The notes beneath the pieces are model-generated. The model did no database searches, was not told the DNA's origin, and saw only the letters and a list, made by a program, of their open reading frames with translations. From an uncultured Aliarcobacter sp. (GTDB lineage Bacteria; Campylobacterota; Campylobacteria; Campylobacterales; Arcobacteraceae): a stretch of 64,000 nucleotides of DNA. Both the position numbers and the translations under genes were made by a program. Positions 9,881 to 19,374 of the stretch are shown one piece after another. Numbering within the stretch: position 1 is the stretch's first letter; every line of letters starts with the position of its first letter. The stretch spans positions 320,001 to 384,000 of the forward strand of contig OY781945.1 in assembly GCA_963677435.1 (NCBI GenBank), written 5' to 3'.

Positions 9881-11245
9881 TTGATTAATGAAAAAAATAG
9901 TGTATCTGAAGTTTTTTGGGAAACCTTTTCAAATCAGGATAGACAAAAGATAAAAGAGTTTCAAACTTATATGGATAAGTTTGCTGTTAATTTCAATCTT
10001 TATAAAGATGGAAATTTTATTGAAAGATCTTTACCATTCGATGTTATTCCTCGAATTATAGAGACTAAAGAGTTTGATATAATTGATAGAGGTTTAACTC
10101 AAAGAATAAAAGCACTTAATATGTTTTTAGAAGATTTATATACAAGCAAAAAAATTGTAAAAGACAATATTGTGCCAGAAGAGTTTATTTATCAAGCAAA
10201 AGGATATTTAAAAGAACTTCATGGTTTCTCTCCCTCAAAAAAAATTCGTACACATATTAATGGAATAGACTTAGTAAAAGATACAGTTTCTGATAAATGG
10301 GTTATTTTAGAAGATAATTTAAGAGTTCCAAGTGGAGCTAGTTATCCACTATCAATTAGAGATACTTACAGAAAAATTTATCCAAACTTTTTTGAAAAAT
10401 TAAAAATTAAACCTATTAAAGAGTATCCTTCAATGTTACGAGAATCTATGGATTATGTGAGTTGTGGTGGGATAAATGTTGTTTTAACTCCGGGAAGATT
10501 TAATTCAGCATATTATGAACATACATATTTAGCAAAAAAAATAGGTGCTCAACTTGTAAGAAATGAAGAATTAGTTGTAAAAAATAAAGTTTTATTCTTT
10601 AAAAATTATGACGGAAGATTGGTTCGTGTTGGTGCTGTTTATAGAAGATTAGATGATGAATTTTTAGATCCAAAGTTCTTTAATTCAGAGAGTTTAATCG
10701 GAGTTCCAGGAATCATGGAAGCTTATTTAGCTGGAAATGTTGCAATTATGAATGCACCTGGAAATGGAGTTGCTGATGATAAAGGTATTTACTATTTTGT
10801 TCCAAAGATGATTAAATATTATTTAGGAGAAGAGCCTATTTTAGATAATGCCCCAACATATTTACCTTATTTTGAAGATGATAAAAAATATATCTTTGAT
10901 AATATTGAAAAACTTGTAATCAAAGATGTTGCTGAAGCTGGTGGTTATGGTGTTATGTTTGGACATGCAATGACAAAAATTCAGTTAGAAGATTTAAAAA
11001 CTATTATAAAAGCAAATCCTAGAAGATTTATTGCTCAAGAGTTAATTGAGTTTTATGATGAAGAGTGTTATTTAAATGATGAAATAGTTCCACGAAAAGC
11101 TGACTTTAGAGCTTATGTTGTAATGAGTGATGAACCAAAAGTTTGGAAATGTGGATTGACAAGATATGCTATGGAAGCTGGTAATTATTTAGTAAATTCA
11201 TCTCAAGGTGGTGGATTTAAAGATACTTGGGTTATGGAGGCATAA
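9881..11245 (+). CDS. Circularly permuted type 2 ATP-grasp protein
   Basis: ERSLPFDVIPRII, LEDNLRVPSGASY, LTPGRFNSAYYEH, YRRLDDEFLDP, NAPGNGVADDK, VNSSQGGGFKDTWV; TTG start after AGGAGG. Confidence 0.93.
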   Translation: MINEKNSVSEVFWETFSNQDRQKIKEFQTYMDKFAVNFNLYKDGNFIERSLPFDVIPRIIETKEFDIIDRGLTQRIKALNMFLEDLYTSKKIVKDNIVPEEFIYQAKGYLKELHGFSPSKKIRTHINGIDLVKDTVSDKWVILEDNLRVPSGASYPLSIRDTYRKIYPNFFEKLKIKPIKEYPSMLRESMDYVSCGGINVVLTPGRFNSAYYEHTYLAKKIGAQLVRNEELVVKNKVLFFKNYDGRLVRVGAVYRRLDDEFLDPKFFNSESLIGVPGIMEAYLAGNVAIMNAPGNGVADDKGIYYFVPKMIKYYLGEEPILDNAPTYLPYFEDDKKYIFDNIEKLVIKDVAEAGGYGVMFGHAMTKIQLEDLKTIIKANPRRFIAQELIEFYDEECYLNDEIVPRKADFRAYVVMSDEPKVWKCGLTRYAMEAGNYLVNSSQGGGFKDTWVMEA

Positions 11246-11246
11246 G

Positions 11247-11903
11247 ATGGAGCAATTATTAACTGCAAATGTTGCAACAAATTTATATTGGTTTGGTAGA
11301 TATTTAGAAAGAATTGAAGTAACTTTACTTGAAATTGTTTATGCCTTTGATAAGGTTATTGATTCAGATAAAGATTGTGGTAAAAGAATTTATAAAAAGT
11401 TTGGAATAGATTTAGAATATTCAAGTGCAAAAGAGTTTCTGAATGTTTCTATTTTTGGAAATCATCATGCAAATTTACAAACATTAATTAATCTTGCAAA
11501 AGAGAATGCAATTATTAGTAGAACAAACATGGATACTGAAGCTTTTGGTTCAGTTGTTGAGTTGGCTAATTTATTAAAACATTCAAGTTTAGATGTGGAT
11601 TGTAGATTTATTGATAAGGTTTTATCTTTAATTAGTGAAATTTGGGGTGAACTAACAAGAAAACAACATAGACAAGCAAGTGATTATTTTATAAGACTTG
11701 GGAAACTTGTTGAAAAAGTAGATTTTCATTTAAGATTAGAAGAAGATAAAGTTTTTTCATTGGTACTTATGGAAGAAATAGATAAGATTGTTACTAGATT
11801 AGCACCTGAATCAAAATTTGTTCCTCATGATACAGATGATTCTTATGAAACCATTTTGAATTCAATCAATGCTAAAATAAATAAAATTATAGTCGAGGCT
11901 TAA
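11247..11903 (+). CDS. Alpha-E domain protein (short form)
   Basis: NLYWFGRYLERIE and FIRLGKLVEKVD motifs; directly follows the ATP-grasp gene; ATG 11247 after GGAGG. Confidence 0.85.
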   Translation: MEQLLTANVATNLYWFGRYLERIEVTLLEIVYAFDKVIDSDKDCGKRIYKKFGIDLEYSSAKEFLNVSIFGNHHANLQTLINLAKENAIISRTNMDTEAFGSVVELANLLKHSSLDVDCRFIDKVLSLISEIWGELTRKQHRQASDYFIRLGKLVEKVDFHLRLEEDKVFSLVLMEEIDKIVTRLAPESKFVPHDTDDSYETILNSINAKINKIIVEA

Positions 11904-12856
11904 TGAAAACAACAGAGATATTTACATCTGAGTTACCAGTAGGTGAAAAACTAGCAGTTAAAAGAACTAGATTTGAACCTTTAGAAAAGTCTGATATCAA
12001 AACTAAAAGAATTTCTATAGTAAGTGGAATTCATGGTGATGAATTAGAAGGTCAGTTAGTTATTTATCTTTTAGCTAATTGGTTAAATACTAATAGTGAT
12101 AAATTAAAAGGAATAGTTGATATTTATCCAGCTGTAAATTCTTTAGGTGTAGATACTATTACAAGGGGATTCCCTTTGTATAATGTTGATTTAAATAGAA
12201 CATTTCCTGGTAATTCTAATGAATTTCTACCAGGACAAGTTGTTCATGCCCTTGCAAATGATGTAAAAGGAAGTGATATTGCTATAGATATTCATTCTAG
12301 CAATATCTTTTTACGAGAAATTCCACAAATTAGAATAAATAAAGAGTTCTCAAAATCTACTTTGCCTCTTGCAAAAGAGTTAAATTGTGATTTTATTTGG
12401 ATTCATGATGCGGTTACTGTTCTTGAATCAACTTTTTCCCATACTATGAATTCAATGGGTACGAAAACGCTTGTTGTAGAAATGGGTGTTGGAATGAGAC
12501 TTACAAAAGCTTATGGACATCAATTATTAATTGGAATTTTAAATCTTATGCAAAAAGAGGGAATTATAAGTGGAAAAGATGATTTTATTGTAAGAGAAGC
12601 TTTTAATTCTGAAATAGGTGAAGTATTTTATTTAAATGCCCCAAAAAGCGGACTATTTATTCCTGCACTTGATCATTGTGCAATTATCAAAAAAGATGAA
12701 AAAATTGGAGATATAGTTGATCCATTAACTGGAAATATACATGTTACTTTAATAGCTCCTGCTGATGGAATATTATTTACTTTAAGAGAATATCCCGTTG
12801 TTTATGAGGGTTCGTTAATAGCTAGAATTTTTGGAGATAACAGTGGAAAAAATTGA
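11903..12856 (+). CDS. M14 succinylglutamate desuccinylase/aspartoacylase-family peptidase, catalytic motifs intact
   Basis: GIHGDELEG, DLNRTFPG, IDIHSS, VVEMG and a C-terminal barrel-sandwich-like region. Confidence 0.88.
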   Translation: MKTTEIFTSELPVGEKLAVKRTRFEPLEKSDIKTKRISIVSGIHGDELEGQLVIYLLANWLNTNSDKLKGIVDIYPAVNSLGVDTITRGFPLYNVDLNRTFPGNSNEFLPGQVVHALANDVKGSDIAIDIHSSNIFLREIPQIRINKEFSKSTLPLAKELNCDFIWIHDAVTVLESTFSHTMNSMGTKTLVVEMGVGMRLTKAYGHQLLIGILNLMQKEGIISGKDDFIVREAFNSEIGEVFYLNAPKSGLFIPALDHCAIIKKDEKIGDIVDPLTGNIHVTLIAPADGILFTLREYPVVYEGSLIARIFGDNSGKN

Positions 12857-13775
12857 AATATTAAGAATTGAGTCATTAAGTCGTGCTCCATTAGTTATCG
12901 AAGGATATTTTTTTAAAGGAACTAATCCCAAAGCTCCAAAAGTTGCAATTATTGGTGCTATGGAAGGGGATTCTATTTTACCCTTATATTGTGCTTCAAA
13001 AATGGTAGATTTTTTTAAAAATAAGATTGAGAAAGAAAAAATCAAAGGTGATATTTTAATTATTCCTTCAATTAATCATTATGCTTTAAATATTGGAAAA
13101 AGATTCTGGCCTTTAGATAATACAGATATAAATATGATGTTTCCTGGTTATGAATTAGGAGAAACTACACAAAGAATTGCGAAAAAAGTTTTTGATGCAA
13201 TTAGTGGTTATGATTATGGAATTATTTTAGAAAGACGACCTGATCCTGCAACTTGTCTTCCTTATATAAAACTTTTTAAAAGTGGATATGAAGATTTAGT
13301 TGGTGCAAAAAAGTTTGGTTTTAAAATGATTCATCATAGAACAGTTAAATCAATAGATACAGTTACATTACAATATAACTGGCAACTTTGGGGGACTAAA
13401 GCTTTTACGATTATTTGCCCAAGTGATAATCAAGTTGATAAAAAAAATGCAAGTCAAATAAATCAAGCCATGATTAGATTTATGGATAAAAACAAAATTA
13501 TAGATTATCATATTTTTGCAGGTTATGAATCAACTGTAATTGATAGAAACTCAATAGATATAGTTAAATCTCCAAGAAGTGGTATTTTCATTCCCAAAGA
13601 ACTCCCTGGAAATTATGTATCTAAAGATCAAGTTATTGGAGAAATAGTTCACTCTTTAGAAGGTGATATTATTCATCAATTTTTATCTCCATGTAATGGT
13701 ATGATTACATGTTCTTATAGTTATTCTTTAATATATGAACATGCAGTTGCTTTTAGAATTGCAAAAATTGGCTAG
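12843..13775 (+). CDS. M14 ASTE/ASPA-like paralog with degenerate active site
   Basis: Same layout as the upstream gene but GAMEGDS, DINMMFPG, IILERR replace HGDE, NR, DxH; likely GTG start 12843 after GGAG. Confidence 0.75.
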   Translation: MEKIEILRIESLSRAPLVIEGYFFKGTNPKAPKVAIIGAMEGDSILPLYCASKMVDFFKNKIEKEKIKGDILIIPSINHYALNIGKRFWPLDNTDINMMFPGYELGETTQRIAKKVFDAISGYDYGIILERRPDPATCLPYIKLFKSGYEDLVGAKKFGFKMIHHRTVKSIDTVTLQYNWQLWGTKAFTIICPSDNQVDKKNASQINQAMIRFMDKNKIIDYHIFAGYESTVIDRNSIDIVKSPRSGIFIPKELPGNYVSKDQVIGEIVHSLEGDIIHQFLSPCNGMITCSYSYSLIYEHAVAFRIAKIG

Positions 13776-13987
13776 TTTATACTAGCCAATAAATAAAAAT
13801 AATAAAATGAAAAAAAATCCTAAAAAATTATAATTATCCTCAATAAATATAAAATATAAAATTTATACAATAAATTGTTTCCTTTTAATTATTATTAAAT
13901 AAATTTTTGATGATTAATTAAATAGTTAATTACATTTACAATAAAAAAATAATATAATGAATAATTATTCACAAAAGGAAGAAGTAA

Positions 13988-15979
13988 ATGATAAAAAATA
14001 TTAATACAAAAATGAAACTCCTGTTGTTTCCATTAATGTTTGTAATTATAGTAATAGTGTCAGGGATAGTTTATGTTCATTATAGTGATATAGAAAATGC
14101 AAGAAATAAAGTAGCAATAGAAACAGAGAACTTTATTCAACAATTGTTAAAGGGAAGAATATCTGTTTATCAGTTCTTAAGATCTGCAAATGAGGAAAAT
14201 AAACAAAAAGTAATAGATAACTTTGAAACTTTAAATACTAATGTTTTAGAGTTAAAAAAAGAGTTAGTATCTGCTAAAAATAGAGATTTGAGTGATGAAA
14301 TAGTTTCATCATCAAAAGATTATGTAACAAACTTTAACTTAGTCTCTTCAATGCTAATAGAAAATAAAGCAAATGGTGTAAAAGAAGAATCAGAAGAGTT
14401 AAAAAATAAAGTAAAAATGATGGCTGAATCAGGTGTTGTTTTAGAAGAAAAGATAAATACAATAAATAAAAGTGCAATTCAATTAAAAGAAGAAGCTCAT
14501 AGCTTGTTAAATAATACATTGATGATTTTAGTAATAATCTCTATTGCTATATTTATAATTTTTTCTTTGTTAATTTCAAATATAGTAATTAAATCTTTAA
14601 ATGATTTTAAAGTAGGATTAATCTCTTTCTTTGATTACCTAAATAAAAAATCAACAACAGTTTCACTTCTTGATGATAGAGCAAAAGATGAATTTGGTGA
14701 AATGGCAGTATTTGTAAATGATAATATAAAACAAATAGAAAATACTCTTAATCAAGATATGGCATTAATAGATGATGCAAAAGTAGTAATGACAAGAGTA
14801 AATAATGGTTGGTATGGACAATTTATAGAGAAATCAACTAATAATAGCTCACTAGAAGAGTTTAAAAATAATGTAAATAAGATGATAAAAAGTACAAGAG
14901 ATAGATTTTCAGAAGTAGATGAATTATTAGAAAAATATGCAAAATTAAATTATATAGATACTTTAAAAATGCATGAGAATGATGAGCATGGTGGAGTATT
15001 TGAAAGATTAGTTGTGGGTATTAATACTTTACAAAACTCAATTACTCAAATGTTAGTTGAAAATAAAACAAATGGTCTAACATTAGATGAAAGCTCAAAT
15101 ATTTTACTTGCAAATGTAGATAAATTAAATATGAGTTCAAATGAAGCAGCAGCATCTTTAGAAGAGACAGCAGCAGCAATAGAAGAAATCACTTCAAATA
15201 TTAGAAATAATACAGAGAATATTTCAAAAATGGCAATTCTTTCAAATGAAGTAACAGCTTCAGCAAATCAAGGTGAAAAACTGGCAAATCAAACAACAGT
15301 TTCAATGGATGAAATAAATAATCAAGTAAACTTGATAAATGAAGCAATAACAGTAATTGACCAAATAGCATTCCAAACAAATATTCTTTCTTTAAATGCA
15401 GCCGTAGAAGCAGCAACTGCAGGAGAAGCTGGAAAAGGATTCGCTGTAGTTGCAGCAGAAGTGAGAAATCTTGCTTCAAGGTCAGCAGATGCTGCACGTG
15501 AGATTAAATCAATCGTAGAAACAGCAACAGTAAAAGCAAATGATGGTAAAAAAATAGCTGGAAATATGATAGAAGGATATAAACAATTAAATGGAAATAT
15601 TACTCATACTATAAATCTAATTCAAGATATACAAAATGCGTCAAAAGAGCAGTTACTAGGAATTGAACAAATTAATGATGCTGTAAATCAATTAGATCAA
15701 CAAACACAACAAAATGCTATGGTAGCATCACAAACACATGATGTAGCAGTATTAACTGATCAAATTGCTAAATTAGTTGTAAGTAGTGCAGATGAAAAAG
15801 AGTTTATTGGAAAAAGTACAGCTAAATCAAAAAATATAAAATCAGCAGCAAAAGCTATACATATTGCAGAAGCTCAAGAAAAACAAAATCATAATAAAGT
15901 TGTATCTAAAAAAATACAAAAACCTATTGAGTCTCACTCGGCTAAAACAAAAGATACAGATGAATGGGAGAGTTTTTAA
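13988..15979 (+). CDS. Methyl-accepting chemotaxis protein
   Basis: Two TMs around a periplasmic domain; [38 protein letters not shown]-terminal EWESF pentapeptide. Confidence 0.96.
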   Translation: MIKNINTKMKLLLFPLMFVIIVIVSGIVYVHYSDIENARNKVAIETENFIQQLLKGRISVYQFLRSANEENKQKVIDNFETLNTNVLELKKELVSAKNRDLSDEIVSSSKDYVTNFNLVSSMLIENKANGVKEESEELKNKVKMMAESGVVLEEKINTINKSAIQLKEEAHSLLNNTLMILVIISIAIFIIFSLLISNIVIKSLNDFKVGLISFFDYLNKKSTTVSLLDDRAKDEFGEMAVFVNDNIKQIENTLNQDMALIDDAKVVMTRVNNGWYGQFIEKSTNNSSLEEFKNNVNKMIKSTRDRFSEVDELLEKYAKLNYIDTLKMHENDEHGGVFERLVVGINTLQNSITQMLVENKTNGLTLDESSNILLANVDKLNMSSNEAAASLEETAAAIEEITSNIRNNTENISKMAILSNEVTASANQGEKLANQTTVSMDEINNQVNLINEAITVIDQIAFQTNILSLNAAVEAATAGEAGKGFAVVAAEVRNLASRSADAAREIKSIVETATVKANDGKKIAGNMIEGYKQLNGNITHTINLIQDIQNASKEQLLGIEQINDAVNQLDQQTQQNAMVASQTHDVAVLTDQIAKLVVSSADEKEFIGKSTAKSKNIKSAAKAIHIAEAQEKQNHNKVVSKKIQKPIESHSAKTKDTDEWESF

Positions 15980-15985
15980 ACTCTT

Positions 15986-16879
15986 CTATTCTTCTATAAC
16001 CTTTACATTAACCTTTACACTTAAAGCACTATTCCCACTACTTTGAACAACACCTTTAAGAGGTGAAATATCTAAATAATCTCTTCCATAACCTAAAATT
16101 ATGTACTCTTCATTTGGAAGTTTATTATTTGTTGGATCAAAATCTAACCATCCAACATCTGGAATATAGATAGAAAACCAAGCATGAGAGGCATCTGCTC
16201 CAAAGAGTTTTTCTGTTCCTGGTGTTGGAATTGTTTGAATATAACCACTCACATATCTAGTTGGAATACCAATACTTCTTAGTGCTGAAATTGCAAATTG
16301 TGCAAAATCTTGACAAACCCCTTTTTTCTCTTTAAAAATTACTTCAATAGGAGTTGTAATATCACTAAATCCAGATACAAATTTGAAATCATTAAAGATT
16401 CTAGCCATAAATTCAGTCGTTGCTTCAATAATATTTCTATCTTCACTAAAAGATTCTAAAACATATTTTTTAATTTCAAGTGATGGCATAGGAATAGATT
16501 CTGTTTCAAACAAAAAATATTTCGCCAATACATCATTAGGATTATATATACTAAATCTCTCTTTTAATTGCTTAAGAGTAATTTTCACATCTTTAAAAAG
16601 ACTTAACTCTTTTTTTATTTCTTCTTCTAATCTTTCAACTTTTGAAGTTGCAATAACTTTTAGATTTTTATGGGCTTCTCTAATAAGCATGAAATTATTT
16701 GTATTTTCAAAATAATCAACAAATTCATTAGTCTCATAAGGTGTTGGCTCAATTTTTAGTGAATATTCAATTAGTCTTTGAGTATTTGAATTCTTAGGTT
16801 TTAACCTTGCTATATTATGACTAAAAGTTACAAGTCCTGCATAATTGAAATTTGTTTCGTGGTATATTTCATAAATCAT
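15986..16879 (-). CDS. Bacterial transglutaminase-like protein
   Basis: N-terminal YEIYHETNFNY...ARLKP...DYFEN domain; triad motifs GVCQDFAQ, ASHAW, DFDPTN; GRDYLDISP. Confidence 0.93.
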   Translation of the reverse strand: MIYEIYHETNFNYAGLVTFSHNIARLKPKNSNTQRLIEYSLKIEPTPYETNEFVDYFENTNNFMLIREAHKNLKVIATSKVERLEEEIKKELSLFKDVKITLKQLKERFSIYNPNDVLAKYFLFETESIPMPSLEIKKYVLESFSEDRNIIEATTEFMARIFNDFKFVSGFSDITTPIEVIFKEKKGVCQDFAQFAISALRSIGIPTRYVSGYIQTIPTPGTEKLFGADASHAWFSIYIPDVGWLDFDPTNNKLPNEEYIILGYGRDYLDISPLKGVVQSSGNSALSVKVNVKVIEE

Positions 16880-16881
16880 TG

Positions 16882-19374
16882 TTACTCATTATAGTGTGAA
16901 AAATATGTTTTAGTTAATTCTTCAGATGTTTGTGTTAATAAATCAGAAAGAGTTGATAAAAACCCATCCAATTCTTTATAAACATATTCTTCCTCAGAAC
17001 CCTCTAATAGTTTTTTAGTACTTGTTAAAGTAATCATTGAAAATACTTTAAATACAGGTTCTTCAAAACTACTTAGGTGTGAATTATTTTCATTTTTTGG
17101 CAATTCTTTTAAATCACTTAATAGTTGATTTATTATATAAATTAAAGATTTTGGATATTTTGTGTTAAATACTAAAAAATCTAATACATTTTCTAAATCT
17201 AAAGAGGATTTATAATACGCTCTATAAGAGTTATAACTTTCATATGAATTTAACATAGAATCTAAAACATCATACTCTATTAACTTATCAAGTTTTTGAG
17301 TAAGAAGAGATCTTAGTTTTGAGATTAATAATTGAGATGTTTCTATTTTACATCCAATATCATATAAAATTAATCCTTGTTCTTTAAATATACTTTCATC
17401 AATTAGTTCTTTGTATGCCATTAGATAAATCAATAATTTATCAAGTTCATTTATATGATCTTTATTCGTAAGAAATTCTCTTTTACTATAGTTGTTCCAC
17501 TCTTTTTGCATTTTCTCATAAATTCGCCAAGCTTCCATAGTAAGAAGGTTTTTTACACTAGCATTTAGGTTTGAAAGCATTAAAAGACTGAAACTAAGAG
17601 TTCCTGCTCTATTTTTATCTCTTATTAATGATATTATTTCTTTTATTGGTAAAGGTGTTAATTTTTCATCTAAAAAGCCTGGATAAGTCATTGTTAGATG
17701 AGTTAAAGCATTATTTAAAATCTTATTTGTTTGCTTTGAATTAGTATTATCATCATATCTGTTTAGATTAAGCATACTTTTTAGATTAAATCTAATCATT
17801 CTTGATGTTGTAATTGATCTTGTTAAATATCTTCCCAACCAAAATAGATTTTCTGCTCTTTTTGTTGAAATATTTTCTAATCTTGAATCAATAAAAGCTC
17901 TATTTTTAAAAATAGCATTTCCAATAGGTTCAGCATCTTTTCCTAAAATCCATAAGTCTTTACTTGTTCCACCTTTTTGATTTGATACAACAAGTGAGTC
18001 TTTTGACGGAGAAACTCTTATTAATCCTCCAGGCATTAAATGATATTCATCTTCATGTAAATATGAAAAAGATCTAATAACTGCATTTCTTGGTTCGATT
18101 TTACCTTTTGCAAATGATGGACTAGTTGAAAAATCTGTAATTTCTTGACCTACATAATAGTGTGGATTTTTTTCTATTTTTTCTATTAGGTGCTTTAATT
18201 CTGTATTATCTAATTTATTTGCAAAATAAATTTCTATGTTGTCTGTTCTATCAATTTTTTTAATAAGTAGAGTTTTTATATTTTTAAGTACAAAATCAAG
18301 TTCTTTTTTTTGTCCACACCACCAAGTAGCAATTTGCGGTAATATCAACTCTTCATTTAATAAAAATTTTGCGATATTTTTCATAAATGGATTTAGTCCA
18401 ATATTTTCTAAAATACCAACACCAATTGGATTTATCATTGATAAATGATCTTTTCGAATTACATTTACAAGCCCAGCAACTCCAAGTTGTGAATCATTTC
18501 TTAACTCTAATGGATCACAATATTGAGAATCAACTCTTCTAATTAAAGTATCAACTTTTCGTAAACCATTTAAACTTTTTAGCCATAGTTGGTTGTTTTT
18601 TACAAGTAAATCTTCCCCTTGAACAAGAGTTAAATCTAAAAAAGAACTAATATATGAGTGTTCAAAATAGGTCTCATTTAGTGGACCTGGCGTTAAAAGC
18701 GCAATCAAAGGATTGTCTTGATTTGATGAAGAGAGGGATTTTAACATATTTTTAAAACCCTCAATAAATTTTGCCATTTTTAAAATCTCAACATTTGGAT
18801 ATAAATCATTTGAGATTGAGTTCATCGTAAGTCTATTTTCTATTGCATATCCTAGACCTGATGGTGATTGTGTTCTATCGTTTATAACCCAAAATTTTCC
18901 ATCAGGACCTCTACTTATATCTGCTGCATAAAATCGCATAGAGTAATAATCTTTATTTTCAAAATTGAAAACTTCTGGAATAAAACTTTTATGGGCAAAA
19001 ATAATTTCAGCAGGAACTATTCCTTCTTTAATTAATCTTTGCTCTGTATATAAATCTTTGAAGATTAGATTTAAAAGTTTTGCTCTTTGTTTTAATCCTT
19101 TTGATACTTCTTCCCATTCAGAAGAAGTTATAACTAAAGGAATAGGGTCAAGATTCCATCTTCTATTATTACCTTCAGGGTCATTATAAATATTATAAGT
19201 AACCCCATTATCCTCAAGTCTCCAATCAATTTCTAGTTGCTTTTGTTCTAGTTGTTTAATTCCTGCATCTTCTAAACCTTTTGCAATATCATTCCAATGA
19301 GGTTTAACATTACATTTTGTATCAAACATCTCATCATATGATGATTCTAATTTACAACTATCAAAAATTGACAT
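16882..19374 (-). CDS. Circularly permuted ATP-grasp fused to a C-terminal alpha-E domain
   Basis: NGVTYNIY, WNLDPIP, DRTQSPSGLGY, LTPGPLNETYFEH, RRVD..CDPLEL, VSNQKGGTSKDLW, then AENLFWLGRY. Confidence 0.92.
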   Translation of the reverse strand: MSIFDSCKLESSYDEMFDTKCNVKPHWNDIAKGLEDAGIKQLEQKQLEIDWRLEDNGVTYNIYNDPEGNNRRWNLDPIPLVITSSEWEEVSKGLKQRAKLLNLIFKDLYTEQRLIKEGIVPAEIIFAHKSFIPEVFNFENKDYYSMRFYAADISRGPDGKFWVINDRTQSPSGLGYAIENRLTMNSISNDLYPNVEILKMAKFIEGFKNMLKSLSSSNQDNPLIALLTPGPLNETYFEHSYISSFLDLTLVQGEDLLVKNNQLWLKSLNGLRKVDTLIRRVDSQYCDPLELRNDSQLGVAGLVNVIRKDHLSMINPIGVGILENIGLNPFMKNIAKFLLNEELILPQIATWWCGQKKELDFVLKNIKTLLIKKIDRTDNIEIYFANKLDNTELKHLIEKIEKNPHYYVGQEITDFSTSPSFAKGKIEPRNAVIRSFSYLHEDEYHLMPGGLIRVSPSKDSLVVSNQKGGTSKDLWILGKDAEPIGNAIFKNRAFIDSRLENISTKRAENLFWLGRYLTRSITTSRMIRFNLKSMLNLNRYDDNTNSKQTNKILNNALTHLTMTYPGFLDEKLTPLPIKEIISLIRDKNRAGTLSFSLLMLSNLNASVKNLLTMEAWRIYEKMQKEWNNYSKREFLTNKDHINELDKLLIYLMAYKELIDESIFKEQGLILYDIGCKIETSQLLISKLRSLLTQKLDKLIEYDVLDSMLNSYESYNSYRAYYKSSLDLENVLDFLVFNTKYPKSLIYIINQLLSDLKELPKNENNSHLSSFEEPVFKVFSMITLTSTKKLLEGSEEEYVYKELDGFLSTLSDLLTQTSEELTKTYFSHYNE

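Noticed and set aside
13767..13790. Hairpin ATTGGCTAG-TTTATA-CTAGCCAAT at the end of operon 1 as a terminator
   Set aside because: No U-tract on the coding strand, so function is uncertain
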